Assembly: GCA_963825135.1 (NCBI GenBank)
Contig: CAWGRW010000009.1
Coordinates: 1,568,001-1,632,000 of the forward strand
DNA: 64,000 bases
Reading direction: 5' to 3'
Origin: an uncultured bacterium
GTDB lineage: Bacteria > Desulfobacterota_D > UBA1144 > Nemesobacterales > UBA2774
Of the stretch, positions 40,442-49,705 are shown in pieces. Below the pieces are notes generated by a model. The model was not told the origin of the DNA, ran no database searches, and saw only the letters and a list, made by a program, of their open reading frames with translations. The position numbers and the translations under genes were made by a program. Numbering within the stretch: position 1 is the stretch's first letter; every line of letters begins with the position of its first letter.

Positions 40442-40888
40442 TTACTGGATACTGATGAGCTCCACGTCGAATACAAGCGTCGAGTTGGGAGGGATCACAG
40501 GGGGATAGCCCCTCTCTCCGTACGCAAGGTCAGGCGGTATGATAAGCTCGCGCTTTCCTCCGACTTTCATGTCCGCGATACCCTCGTCCCAGCCCTTTAT
40601 AACCTGTCCCACTCCGAGAGTGAACTCTATCGGCTCCCCGCGCTCGACCGAGCTGTCGAAGACTTTTCCGTCCTGGAGCTTTCCCGTATAGTGGACTTTG
40701 ACCTTCTGCCCGGTTTTCGGTTTCGGGCCGCTCCCCTCCTCGATAACGATATATTCGAGGCCGGACGCGGTTTTCACGGTCTGGGCGTCTTTCTTCGTTT
40801 CATCCGCGTCGGTCTTGATGACGGTAAGGTTAAACGCGACGATTGTAACCAGGCTTACGATCATACAGAATGTCGAGTAACTCATCAT
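40442..40888 (-). CDS. FKBP-type peptidyl-prolyl isomerase (exported)
   Basis: [34 protein letters not shown]. Confidence 0.95.
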   Translation of the reverse strand: MMSYSTFCMIVSLVTIVAFNLTVIKTDADETKKDAQTVKTASGLEYIVIEEGSGPKPKTGQKVKVHYTGKLQDGKVFDSSVERGEPIEFTLGVGQVIKGWDEGIADMKVGGKRELIIPPDLAYGERGYPPVIPPNSTLVFDVELISIQ

Positions 40889-41190
40889 AAAATTCTCCCT
40901 TTTAGTTTATTTCTTATAGTAGTTGCCAAGCAGGAAAACATTACACAATTTCCCCGCAAAGTGCTAATCATTCAAAGGCTTATTATTAATTCGTATAAGC
41001 GGAGGATCGGCGCCTGCCGTAATTTACCTTCGGGTTTTTCAGCCTTCACCTGAGTGTTACGATACGGGAGTCGAATGCCTGACAAACACGGTTTCTCGGA
41101 CAAGGGCGCGGAATTGACAAGTACTTTTTACCCTGAATAAATATTTATTTCAGGTAGGGATGCTCAATCAAATAGTAGAGGAGGAGTCTT

Positions 41191-41976
41191 ATGGGATTTG
41201 AGTTTATCAGCTATGAAAGAGAGCCTAACAGTACCGGTATTCTTACGATCAATCGACCGAATGTGTTAAACGCGTTAAATTGGGACACGCTCGGGGAGCT
41301 GAGAGAGTTCCTGGAGGATGTCCTGCCTAAAGAAGAATTAAAAGTGCTGATTTTCACGGGAGCCGGGGATAAGGCGTTCGTCGCGGGAGCCGATATAGCG
41401 CAGATGAACGAAATGAAGGAAAGAGACTTCCAGGACTACGTCGATTACGCCCACAGGGTGTACGAGCTAATAGAGAACGAACCCTGCCCCTCTATCGCCG
41501 CCATAAACGGATACGCTCTCGGCGGCGGGTGCGAGCTGGCGTTGGCCTGCGATATCAGGATCGCGTCTGAAAAGGCGAGGCTCGGATTCCCCGAGGTGAA
41601 GCTCGGCATATTCCCCGGGTGGGGCGGTACGCAGCGCATTACGAGGATTCTCGGTCTCGGCAAGACCAAGGAGCTCGTATTTACGGGCGAGATGATTACC
41701 GCGGAAGAAGCCCTCAGGATAGGTCTTGTCGAGATGGTCGTCCCCCACGGTGAGATAATGACTGCAGCCAAAAAGCTCGCGGGAGAAATAGCGAAAAGAG
41801 GTCCCATTGCGGTCAGGCTCGCTAAAACAGCTATAAATGCCGGCTCCGAGATGGACTTACATAAGGCGCTGCTGCTTGAAAAGACCCTGGTTTCGCTTTG
41901 TTTTGACTCTCAGGACCGGGTTGAGGGGATGAAGGCGTTTTTGGAAAAGCGAGAACCCTTATTTACGGGCGAATAA
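41191..41976 (+). CDS. crt: Enoyl-CoA hydratase / crotonase
   Basis: AFVAGADI, YALGGGCELALACD, PEVKLGIFPGWGGTQR with both catalytic Glu. Confidence 0.9.
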   Translation: MGFEFISYEREPNSTGILTINRPNVLNALNWDTLGELREFLEDVLPKEELKVLIFTGAGDKAFVAGADIAQMNEMKERDFQDYVDYAHRVYELIENEPCPSIAAINGYALGGGCELALACDIRIASEKARLGFPEVKLGIFPGWGGTQRITRILGLGKTKELVFTGEMITAEEALRIGLVEMVVPHGEIMTAAKKLAGEIAKRGPIAVRLAKTAINAGSEMDLHKALLLEKTLVSLCFDSQDRVEGMKAFLEKREPLFTGE

Positions 41977-42116
41977 TAACCTCGACCGCGGCATATTTGT
42001 AAACCCGGAGTAGAATGCGGCAGTGGTTTACTGCCTTGCACCCCTCGTTTTATTCACTTTCCTCCTAAGGGGCTTTAAATAAAGCCGGAAGCACCTTCAT
42101 ACGTCACACCGTCAGG

Positions 42117-42144
42117 TTGACAAAAACCTTATTAGGAATAAAAT
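42117..42144 (+). promoter_or_regulatory. Sigma70-type promoter of phaB
   Basis: TTGACA-N16-TAAAAT. Confidence 0.6.
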
Positions 42145-42195
42145 CTATAATCCTTAATATCAAACGACTGAGATGCAAGCTCTAGGAGGTGTCGC

Positions 42196-42951
42196 ATGCT
42201 TGAACAAATGCACGACTTGTCGGGTAAAGTTGCAATAGTAACGGGTGGTTCGAGGGGGATCGGAAGGGCGATATGTCTTGCCCTGGCCGAGGCCGGAGCC
42301 GATATTCTGCTCAATTATTCGCGGAGCGACAAGGAAGCGGACAAGGTGAAGAAGGAAATCGAGAAATTAGGCAGGAAGTGCGTTACAGTGAGGGCGAACG
42401 TCGCCAATTTTCAGCAAGCCCAGGGGCTCGGCAAGGCTGCTATGAGCCATTTCGGCAAGGTTGATATCCTCGTTAATAACGCCGGTATCAACAGGGACAG
42501 GACTCTTAAGAGGATGACGTTCGAGCAGTGGAACGAAGTAATACAGACAAATCTTTCAAGCGTGTTTAACTGCACCAAGGCTGTTATCGATCCCCTGTCG
42601 GAGAAGGGCGGCGTAATCATTTCGATATCTTCGATTATTGGGGAAATGGGGAACCTCGGCCAGTGCAACTACGCCTCGACAAAGGCGGGCATAATAGGTT
42701 TTACGAAAACGATGGCGAGGGAGCTTGCTAAAAGCAACATACGTGTAAACGCAGTTGCCCCCGGGTTCGTTGAAACGGACATGCTCGGCACCGTTCCCGA
42801 GGACATTAGGGACCAGATAAAGAAAGAAATCGCGCTCGGCAGGTTCGGTACCCCTGAAGAGATCGCCTTATCCGTTGTTTATCTCTGTTCTTCAGCCGCA
42901 AGCTGGATAACGGGTGTGACGTTAAGGATTAACGGCGGACATTACATCTAA
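42196..42951 (+). CDS. phaB: Acetoacetyl-CoA reductase (SDR, PhaB/FabG-like)
   Basis: TGGSRGIG, NNAGINRD, NYASTK (YxxxK), INGG C-terminus; adjacent to phaC. Confidence 0.8.
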   Translation: MLEQMHDLSGKVAIVTGGSRGIGRAICLALAEAGADILLNYSRSDKEADKVKKEIEKLGRKCVTVRANVANFQQAQGLGKAAMSHFGKVDILVNNAGINRDRTLKRMTFEQWNEVIQTNLSSVFNCTKAVIDPLSEKGGVIISISSIIGEMGNLGQCNYASTKAGIIGFTKTMARELAKSNIRVNAVAPGFVETDMLGTVPEDIRDQIKKEIALGRFGTPEEIALSVVYLCSSAASWITGVTLRINGGHYI

Positions 42952-42963
42952 CCTGAATATAAG

Positions 42964-43017
42964 AAATCCGTATTTGTGAGATTCTGTTTTCACATGGATC
43001 ATCACAAATGCGGATTT
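42964..43017. terminator. Inverted repeat between convergent phaB and phaC (possible bidirectional terminator)
   Basis: AAATCCGTATTTGTGA ... TCACAAATGCGGATTT, 15/16 complementary. Confidence 0.6.
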
Positions 43018-43039
43018 TGTCTTTTCCTATCGGTACTCT

Positions 43040-44107
43040 TTATCTGGATCTTTCTATAAGCCAGTCTGCAACTTCAGGCCATAAGCCCTTAAGCGATTTA
43101 CTGCTAACGGAGAGCCCTATATGCCCGGTCGGGTAAACGATCGTCTTAGTGTCCTTGCTTGACGTCATCTCGTTGAAACCCAGGCTCGAAGCCGGAGGAA
43201 CCAGATGATCGTTTTCGGCTATCAGGTTCAGCACCGGACACTTTATTTGTTTCAGGTCCACCCGCTTGCCGTTTATTCTAAGTTTGTTTTCTACGAGCTG
43301 GTTTTCCTGATACAGGTATTTAACGAATTCCCTGAACACCTCTCCGGGGACCGCTATATTATCGTTCAGCCATTTCTCCATTGCGAGAAAATTCTCTACG
43401 AACGCCTCGTTGTCGACGTTCTCGTAGAAGTTCACGTACTTGGAGACGAGGTTCTGTATCGGCTTCATGAATAAGAATCCCGATTGCAGAAATTCAGCCG
43501 GTACGTTTCCGTAAGCTTCCACGAATTTGTCCACGTCGAAGTTGCCTCTATCTCCCCAGAGGTTCAATGTGCCTTCGACTTTGTAGTCGATTCCTGCCGT
43601 CATTAGAACCAGGTTCTTGATGTCCTCCGGGTATAGCGATGTGTACATTGCCGACATCGTACCGCCCATGCAGTAGCCGAGCACGTTTACCTTCTCGGAG
43701 CCGGAGTGTCTTTTAACTCTCTTGACGACTTGCCTGATATACCTGTTAATGTAGTGGTTGAGGTCGAGCTTTTTATCCTCGTCACCGGGAGAACCCCAGT
43801 CTATGAGGTAGACATCGATCCCTTTCTTAACGAGTACTTCCACAACGCTCCTGCCCGGTTTCAAGTCGAGAATGTAAGGGCGGTTTACGAGCGCGAAGAT
43901 CATTATCAACGGCACTGGATGTACCTTTTCAGTCTGCGGATAGTAGTGCAGGAGACGCAGCTTGTTTTCCGTAAATATTACCTCGTGGGGAGTGGCACCC
44001 ACCTCGACTTCCGGCGGATTCAGTAACGCTACCTCAAGAGCCTTGTTGAATTTATTTCTGGCTTTCCCGGCTTCCTGTATAGCGGAATCCATGTATTTAT
44101 TTCCCAT
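43040..44107 (-). CDS. phaC: Poly(R)-hydroxyalkanoate synthase catalytic subunit, class III/IV size
   Basis: 355 aa; ALVNRPYILDL, lipase box GYCMGG, catalytic D (ENDHLV) and H (TGHIG). Confidence 0.95.
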   Translation of the reverse strand: MGNKYMDSAIQEAGKARNKFNKALEVALLNPPEVEVGATPHEVIFTENKLRLLHYYPQTEKVHPVPLIMIFALVNRPYILDLKPGRSVVEVLVKKGIDVYLIDWGSPGDEDKKLDLNHYINRYIRQVVKRVKRHSGSEKVNVLGYCMGGTMSAMYTSLYPEDIKNLVLMTAGIDYKVEGTLNLWGDRGNFDVDKFVEAYGNVPAEFLQSGFLFMKPIQNLVSKYVNFYENVDNEAFVENFLAMEKWLNDNIAVPGEVFREFVKYLYQENQLVENKLRINGKRVDLKQIKCPVLNLIAENDHLVPPASSLGFNEMTSSKDTKTIVYPTGHIGLSVSSKSLKGLWPEVADWLIERSR

Positions 44108-44182
44108 AATTATTACGATCCTCCTTATTTATATCCGGCTGGCGCCGTCCGCTGCGGACAACGGCGTCAGGTCCGGGTACTC

Positions 44183-44626
44183 CTATTTCTTTTTAGGACT
44201 GGCGGGTTTAGTATAATCATCGACTTTATCGACGAGGTCGTTAACTTTTTCTTCCAGGTTATTTATGGCGGCGAGAACCCTGTCGATATCGCCTTTAGAC
44301 GGGAAGCGCATACTCTTCAATGTTTTTTCGACCGCTTCATCGAAAAATTTCTTGAACTCGGAAGACTTTTCAACGGCTTTACCGATGTTGGAGGCGAATA
44401 AGGGGCTGTTTACCCACTTCTCCAGCACATCCGATGAGGATTTCTCCCATGTTTCATAAAACTTCTTATATTGTTCTATCGGGTCGTAGTCCCCTCCCTT
44501 AACATTTTCCTTGTTCTCGGCGATCGGGTTCTTTTTCCACATATCCATCGCTTCAGACATGGTTTTTTCCCACGCTTCATAAAACTTTTTATAATGTTCC
44601 GTGTAGTCGAATGTCTCTTTGTTCAT
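44183..44626 (-). CDS. phaE: Short PHA synthase accessory subunit (PhaE/PhaR-like)
   Basis: YKKFYETWEK...PSKGDIDRV...NLEEKV, matching the PTxxDI...LExKV motif of PhaE/PhaR; directly upstream of phaC. Confidence 0.75.
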   Translation of the reverse strand: MNKETFDYTEHYKKFYEAWEKTMSEAMDMWKKNPIAENKENVKGGDYDPIEQYKKFYETWEKSSSDVLEKWVNSPLFASNIGKAVEKSSEFKKFFDEAVEKTLKSMRFPSKGDIDRVLAAINNLEEKVNDLVDKVDDYTKPASPKKK

Positions 44627-44991
44627 TATTTTTTCTCCTTAATCTTTTTTTTGGTATTCCTGATTCTTTTCTGCGGGGGGGACTTTTTGGCGCTCGACTG
44701 GAGGTCCGTAATTTTACCCTCGAGCTCCGATATCTTTTCTCCTAGGGAATCCAGCGTATCTATAAGCTTCTCCATATCTTTTTTCTCGGGCACATACCTC
44801 TGCTCGAGCGTTTGCTCTATGAAACCGTGGATGTAACTCTTAAACTCCGAGGATTTTTCTACGGCCCTTTCCATGAGCGGACTGTTCATCCACACATCCA
44901 TCAATTTGTTTGTGGACTCTTCCCATGATTCGAAGAGTTTCTTGAAGTAGCTGAAGTAGTAAATTTCCTCGTATTCTTTTTTCTTGTCCAA
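44626..44991 (-). CDS. Second PhaE/PhaR-like paralog
   Basis: Shares W.NSPL, AVEKSSEFK and P.K.D coiled coil with the downstream gene; TAATG stop/start coupling. Confidence 0.65.
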   Translation of the reverse strand: MDKKKEYEEIYYFSYFKKLFESWEESTNKLMDVWMNSPLMERAVEKSSEFKSYIHGFIEQTLEQRYVPEKKDMEKLIDTLDSLGEKISELEGKITDLQSSAKKSPPQKRIRNTKKKIKEKK

Positions 44992-45089
44992 TCCGATTCT
45001 CCCGAGGGCTGGTCTCCGCGGCTACGTAACAATATTATACTACATATTATAATACGTTAATTAGCGCGCCGCGCTCCACTGTGCGAGCT

Positions 45090-45506
45090 TCAGGAAGCGA
45101 GGGAGCTTACATATTTATCGAAAGCCGAGAACGCCCTTTCCGCCGATCTCTGATTCAAATCCAGGAGCTCTTTTGAATAATTGTCGGATACTTTTTTAAA
45201 CACGGTGTAGAAATTGTTTTGAAATTCTATAATGCGTTCGATCTTCTCGCCGATTCCAGGGCTGAGGAATTCCTTCGGGAGCTTGCCGGTTACCGACTTA
45301 ACCTGCTCCGAATAATCTTTCTGGATTTTACGCAGCTGTTCGAGCTGGGCTTCCATGAGCCTCTTGTTTTCTTCCAGGAGGGAGTGAGCGGAATCGAGCC
45401 CGATGAGATAGTTTTCCTTCACAAGACCGTTCAAATCATTATAGATTTCTTTTTTGTTTCCGACCGGTAACACCTTTGTTGAAACCGATTTCTTAGTTTT
45501 CGGCAT
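45090..45506 (-). CDS. Putative phasin (granule-associated amphipathic helical protein)
   Basis: 138-aa coiled-coil/amphipathic protein heading the pha genes; call rests on context, no motif. Confidence 0.5.
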   Translation of the reverse strand: MPKTKKSVSTKVLPVGNKKEIYNDLNGLVKENYLIGLDSAHSLLEENKRLMEAQLEQLRKIQKDYSEQVKSVTGKLPKEFLSPGIGEKIERIIEFQNNFYTVFKKVSDNYSKELLDLNQRSAERAFSAFDKYVSSLAS

Positions 45507-45538
45507 TCTAATACCCCCATTTTTAACTTTCTATATAC

Positions 45539-45566
45539 AATATAATTTGTCCCGGTTTTTTGTCAA
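45539..45566 (-). promoter_or_regulatory. Sigma70-type promoter of the phasin-like gene
   Basis: TTGACA-N16-TATATT on the minus strand. Confidence 0.6.
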
Positions 45567-45836
45567 TAGATATTGTTAGCAATTGCACAATTATATATTG
45601 TAGCAATATGAGGATGTTGTGGCCCATCATCGCCATCTGTCACAGCAATAGCGATGAATATTGCCCCGAGCCGCGAAATTTTATAATTAACGGCATGCGT
45701 GTAATCCCCGGAGAGACCGGCTACAATACCAACGCCTCTCGAAAGGCGAAAAAAATCGCGGGCACTTGCGGTTTAGACTAGTTAATTTTTTTTATAAGTT
45801 ATGTTCACTCTCACGATTTGTAAGAGGGGTTGTTGA

Positions 45837-46982
45837 TTGAACCGGACTTTGGTCTTCATCTTGCTTTTGTTTCTGACCGTGCTGACGAGCGGAGTTAAAG
45901 CGCAAATAAGCGCGCCGGATCAGGGAAATATCTCAGGCATTGAAACTTTAACTTTCGGATGCCTCCTCCCGCTGACGGGGAGGTACAGGCAGCTGGGTGA
46001 AACCGCGCTTAAAGGCATACTGGCCGCCGCAGATTCCGGGCCCCGGGGTTTCGAATACAGGGTCATAGTCAAGGATATGGGGGATAGCGAAAAGAGTCTG
46101 AGCGCGGCCCTGAATGAATTATTAAATACCCCGGGCATGTCGTTTATCATGGGCCCGGTTCCGAGCAAATTCATACAGGTTGCGAGTCCGCGCGTTAATG
46201 AAAAACGTATTCCTTCCGTGACATTCCCGGTATCCGAGAACGGAACAGCGGGAGGCCCTTATATAATAAAGTATTACTACCCCCTTGAAGAGCAGGTCGG
46301 GGTGCTTTCCCGCTATGCGGCCAGGGAGCTCGGTATCAGGACTTTCGCCATCCTCTATCCTCAAACGGCCCTGGGGAAAAAGATGAAAGATACATTTGCC
46401 TCAAGCGTGGCCGAGAACGGGGGAAAACTGGTATATGCGGGTTCCTATAATCCGGAGTCGAGAGATATTTCGAGGGAGCTGGGCTGGATATCCTCGATAA
46501 GCCCGGAGGCGGTATTCATACCGGACGGCGCCGCTTCCTCGGCGGAGCTGATTTTGAGGCTTAAAAGGGAAGGGAAGCTTAGAGACGTGCTCTTTCTGGG
46601 ACCCAGCACCTGGAATAGCCCGCTTTTTCTGGACCTGATAGGGGATGAGATCGACGGGTTCGTGTTCAGGACGGTCTTTACCGACGTTTATTATTACGGA
46701 GACGGGGATTGGGAAGAGTTCACCAGGCTCGTAGAAAGCAAATTTCAGGAGAAACCCGATCTCTTCGGATACCAGGTCTACAGGGCGCTCGGACTCATGC
46801 TCTCTGTCGTAAGGGAGCATGGCGGGGGTCAAAAGGACATCATGGACGGTCTTAATTCACTCAAGACTGATCCAGATTACCATATAATAACGGATAAGAG
46901 CGGCAGCATGCAGGTTTCTCCGCGTTACAGGATCCTTTCAGTGAGCGGCGGGGAGATCGTTGATATCGTTAAGATTAAATGA
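45837..46982 (+). CDS. Periplasmic binding-fold protein (LpoA C-terminal / Leu-binding-like)
   Basis: Signal peptide; GCLLPLTG, IMGP, PEAVFIPD, LGPSTWN. Confidence 0.75.
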   Translation: MNRTLVFILLLFLTVLTSGVKAQISAPDQGNISGIETLTFGCLLPLTGRYRQLGETALKGILAAADSGPRGFEYRVIVKDMGDSEKSLSAALNELLNTPGMSFIMGPVPSKFIQVASPRVNEKRIPSVTFPVSENGTAGGPYIIKYYYPLEEQVGVLSRYAARELGIRTFAILYPQTALGKKMKDTFASSVAENGGKLVYAGSYNPESRDISRELGWISSISPEAVFIPDGAASSAELILRLKREGKLRDVLFLGPSTWNSPLFLDLIGDEIDGFVFRTVFTDVYYYGDGDWEEFTRLVESKFQEKPDLFGYQVYRALGLMLSVVREHGGGQKDIMDGLNSLKTDPDYHIITDKSGSMQVSPRYRILSVSGGEIVDIVKIK

Positions 46983-47032
46983 TAATCGATTTATCCGGAT
47001 ACCATGCGATGGGGAGCGCCAATCGTCTGATT

Positions 47033-47842
47033 TCAGCCCAGGAAGTCGTGGTGGCCGGGAGCCAGGTATCCGATCACGAAAAGCGTAAAGAGTATTATCC
47101 CGAATCCCAGAACGGCGCCGAACGCCGCCTTACGTCCCTTCCAGCCCGATGAGAGCCTCCCGTGCAGAAGGACCGCGTATAATAGCCATGTTACGAGCGA
47201 CCAGGTCTCTTTCTGTCCCCATACCCAGCCGTCTCCCCATATTTCCTTTGCGAGTAGCAGGCCCAGCGCGAGCCCCACGGTAATGAAAGGGAACCCCGTA
47301 ATCAGGCAAACGTGGTTGATTTTATCGAGGGTGGTGAGTGACGGGAACTTCTGTATGAGGCTCCCGACACGTTTCGACTTTATCTTCTGCTCCTGAAATA
47401 AATAGAGGAGGCCAGAGATAAATGCCACAGTGAATAAGGCCTCTCCGAGCAGGATGAAAACTATATGGATCAGTATCCAGGGATTGCCGAGCGATGGTTC
47501 GTGCTCGATAATCCCCTGAGGCAATATGACGTGAGGGAGTGTCATAATGAACGCGAGGGGGGACACGAACGCCCCGAGAAGCGGGGCGTTGAATATGAGC
47601 TGCGAACCTATGAATACGAGAGTTATGGTCAATGCGAATAGGTATAGAGTGGTATCGAGGCCGCCAGCAAGGGAGTCTCCTTTAAGATACAGCGCCACTA
47701 CGCTGATCGACTGAATCAGTGTTCCGAGCACCACGGTATAAAATCCCCATTTTGCGCCAGTCCTGCTGTCAGTCCAGATGTGGCTCATGTAGAATACGGA
47801 CGAGATGAAGTATAAAAGGGCTGTTATCCAGTATAAATCCAT
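47033..47842 (-). CDS. ccsA: Cytochrome c biogenesis CcsA/HemX-family membrane protein
   Basis: About 8 TM helices; WWD-type motif WGDGWVWGQKETWSLVTW; conserved His. Confidence 0.85.
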   Translation of the reverse strand: MDLYWITALLYFISSVFYMSHIWTDSRTGAKWGFYTVVLGTLIQSISVVALYLKGDSLAGGLDTTLYLFALTITLVFIGSQLIFNAPLLGAFVSPLAFIMTLPHVILPQGIIEHEPSLGNPWILIHIVFILLGEALFTVAFISGLLYLFQEQKIKSKRVGSLIQKFPSLTTLDKINHVCLITGFPFITVGLALGLLLAKEIWGDGWVWGQKETWSLVTWLLYAVLLHGRLSSGWKGRKAAFGAVLGFGIILFTLFVIGYLAPGHHDFLG

Positions 47843-47992
47843 GTCTATATTCTATTTATGATGGTCTTTAAATACAATTAAATCTGTTAAATAGGCGGCG
47901 TTGCCATTGATCATGGCGACTGCCCGTATCCTTCGAGCTTTCTTGAAACGATGGAGTGTATTAATAATATTAAAAATAATATTAAAACGGTA

Positions 47993-49066
47993 TTATGAGA
48001 ACGCAGCCTCTTTAAGAATCTCGGTCTGGTAATGGGTGGTCAGGGCGTCGATCAAGTCGTCGATGTCGCCATTGAGCATCGCCTCTATCTTATAAAGCGT
48101 GAGTCCGATCCTGTGGTCCGTGATTCTGCCGTCACGAAAATTGTACGTCCTTATCTTCTCGCTCCTGTCTCCGCTGCCGACGAGACTCTTTCTCGCGCTC
48201 GCCAGCTCGCTCCGCCTCTTTTGCTCCTCTATCTCGTATAGTTTCGCTCTCAGCATCCTCATGGCGTGCGCGCGGTTTTTGTGCTGGGACCGCTCGTCCT
48301 GGCATTGTACCACGATTCCCGAGGGGAGGTGCGTGATCCTTATCGCGGAGTCGGTCTTGTTCACGTGCTGGCCGCCGGGCCCCGACGCGCGGTACGTATC
48401 GATCTTCAAATCCTTTTCGTCTATCTCCACCTCGACATCATCCGGCTCGGCCAGGACCGCTACCGTAGCCGTGGATGTGTGAATCCTTCCGCTCGTCTCG
48501 GTGGCCGGAACTCTCTGTACCCTGTGGACGCCGCTCTCATACTTGAGCCTGCTGTAAACATTCTTGCCCTCAATGGCGATTATGACCTCTTTCAATCCCC
48601 CGATGCCGGTTTCGCTCAGGTTGATAATCTCCACCTTCCATTTATTAGCTTCCGCGTATCTTGAATACATCCTGAACAAATCAGCCGCGAACAGTGCAGC
48701 CTCGTCTCCGCCCGTGCCCGCGCGTATCTCGAGGAATACGTTTTTTGCGTCGTTCGGGTCCTTGGGAAGAAGTAACAGGCGGAGCCCCGCCTCAAGCTCC
48801 GTCAGCTCCTTTTCGAGATTCTCCAGCTCTTCTCTTGCAAGCTCGCCGAGGTCCTTATCTTTGAGGAGCGACCTGTTGTCCTCGATCTTTTCGAGCACGA
48901 TTTTATACTTCCGATAAACCTCCACAATCTCGTCCAGGTCTGATAATTCCTTGGAATACTTATGAATTTCAGGCGGACTGATGTCGGGTTTAGTTAAATT
49001 TCTCTCGATTTCGAGGTATTTTTTCTCGACTTCTTCAAGTCGTTTTAACATGCCTAATTCTGCCAT
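47993..49066 (-). CDS. prfA: Peptide chain release factor 1
   Basis: [14 protein letters not shown] (PxT), [12 protein letters not shown]. Confidence 0.98.
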   Translation of the reverse strand: MAELGMLKRLEEVEKKYLEIERNLTKPDISPPEIHKYSKELSDLDEIVEVYRKYKIVLEKIEDNRSLLKDKDLGELAREELENLEKELTELEAGLRLLLLPKDPNDAKNVFLEIRAGTGGDEAALFAADLFRMYSRYAEANKWKVEIINLSETGIGGLKEVIIAIEGKNVYSRLKYESGVHRVQRVPATETSGRIHTSTATVAVLAEPDDVEVEIDEKDLKIDTYRASGPGGQHVNKTDSAIRITHLPSGIVVQCQDERSQHKNRAHAMRMLRAKLYEIEEQKRRSELASARKSLVGSGDRSEKIRTYNFRDGRITDHRIGLTLYKIEAMLNGDIDDLIDALTTHYQTEILKEAAFS

Positions 49067-49134
49067 TTCCTGCTATTATCATCACACATCTTGCAAAAAA
49101 TTCAAGATAATATTAAACTTGTCTTGGTAAAATA

Positions 49135-49344
49135 ATGGAAACAATGGATATTCTTGAAGGCAAAATTAAAGAGGCTTTGTCGAGGAAAACAAAGCTCGAG
49201 GTGGAGCATAAAAACCTTATGGAGGAAGTTGCGAGTCTCAGGGAAAGTGTAAAGAAGCTCGAGAAAGAAAGGGATGAAATAAAACAGAAGTTAGACAGAG
49301 TAATCGAGAAGGTTGAGATTTATTTGAGCAGGTCTGAGGCATAG
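49135..49344 (+). CDS. ZapB-like small coiled-coil cell division protein
   Basis: 69-aa heptad coiled coil immediately before zapA. Confidence 0.65.
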   Translation: METMDILEGKIKEALSRKTKLEVEHKNLMEEVASLRESVKKLEKERDEIKQKLDRVIEKVEIYLSRSEA

Positions 49345-49345
49345 A

Positions 49346-49705
49346 GTGAAACGTTTGAAGGTTAAGTTTTTGGATACCGATTATGTTGTTAAAACAGACG
49401 CCGATGAGGATTATGTCCGGAAAATCGCTTTATATCTGGAGCAAAAGGTGAAGGAGATATCCGCACAGGACAATTTAGTCGTGCCGAATACGCTTCTGCT
49501 TGCGATGCTGAAAATTACTGACGATTACTTCAAATTGTTAAAAGACTTCGAGGAATTTAAAGACGGTGCTGAAGAGAGATCAAAGAGATTGGTACAAATA
49601 CTGGAAAGCTCCCTTAACGAAAAAGAAACCTTTGGATTTAGTGAAGGAATTCTTAGAGAGGAACTCGGAAGAGAAGAATTGGAAGACTCTTACAAATACA
49701 GGTGA
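49346..49705 (+). CDS. zapA: Cell division protein ZapA
   Basis: VKFLDTDY..DEDYVRKIALYLEQKVKEI..LAMLKITDDYF ZapA pattern; synteny with ygfA-rny. Confidence 0.85.
   Translation: MKRLKVKFLDTDYVVKTDADEDYVRKIALYLEQKVKEISAQDNLVVPNTLLLAMLKITDDYFKLLKDFEEFKDGAEERSKRLVQILESSLNEKETFGFSEGILREELGREELEDSYKYR

Noticed and set aside
44183..44991. A single phaE split by sequencing error
   Set aside because: The two ORFs are homologous to each other, each has its own C-terminal motif, and they show normal stop/start coupling
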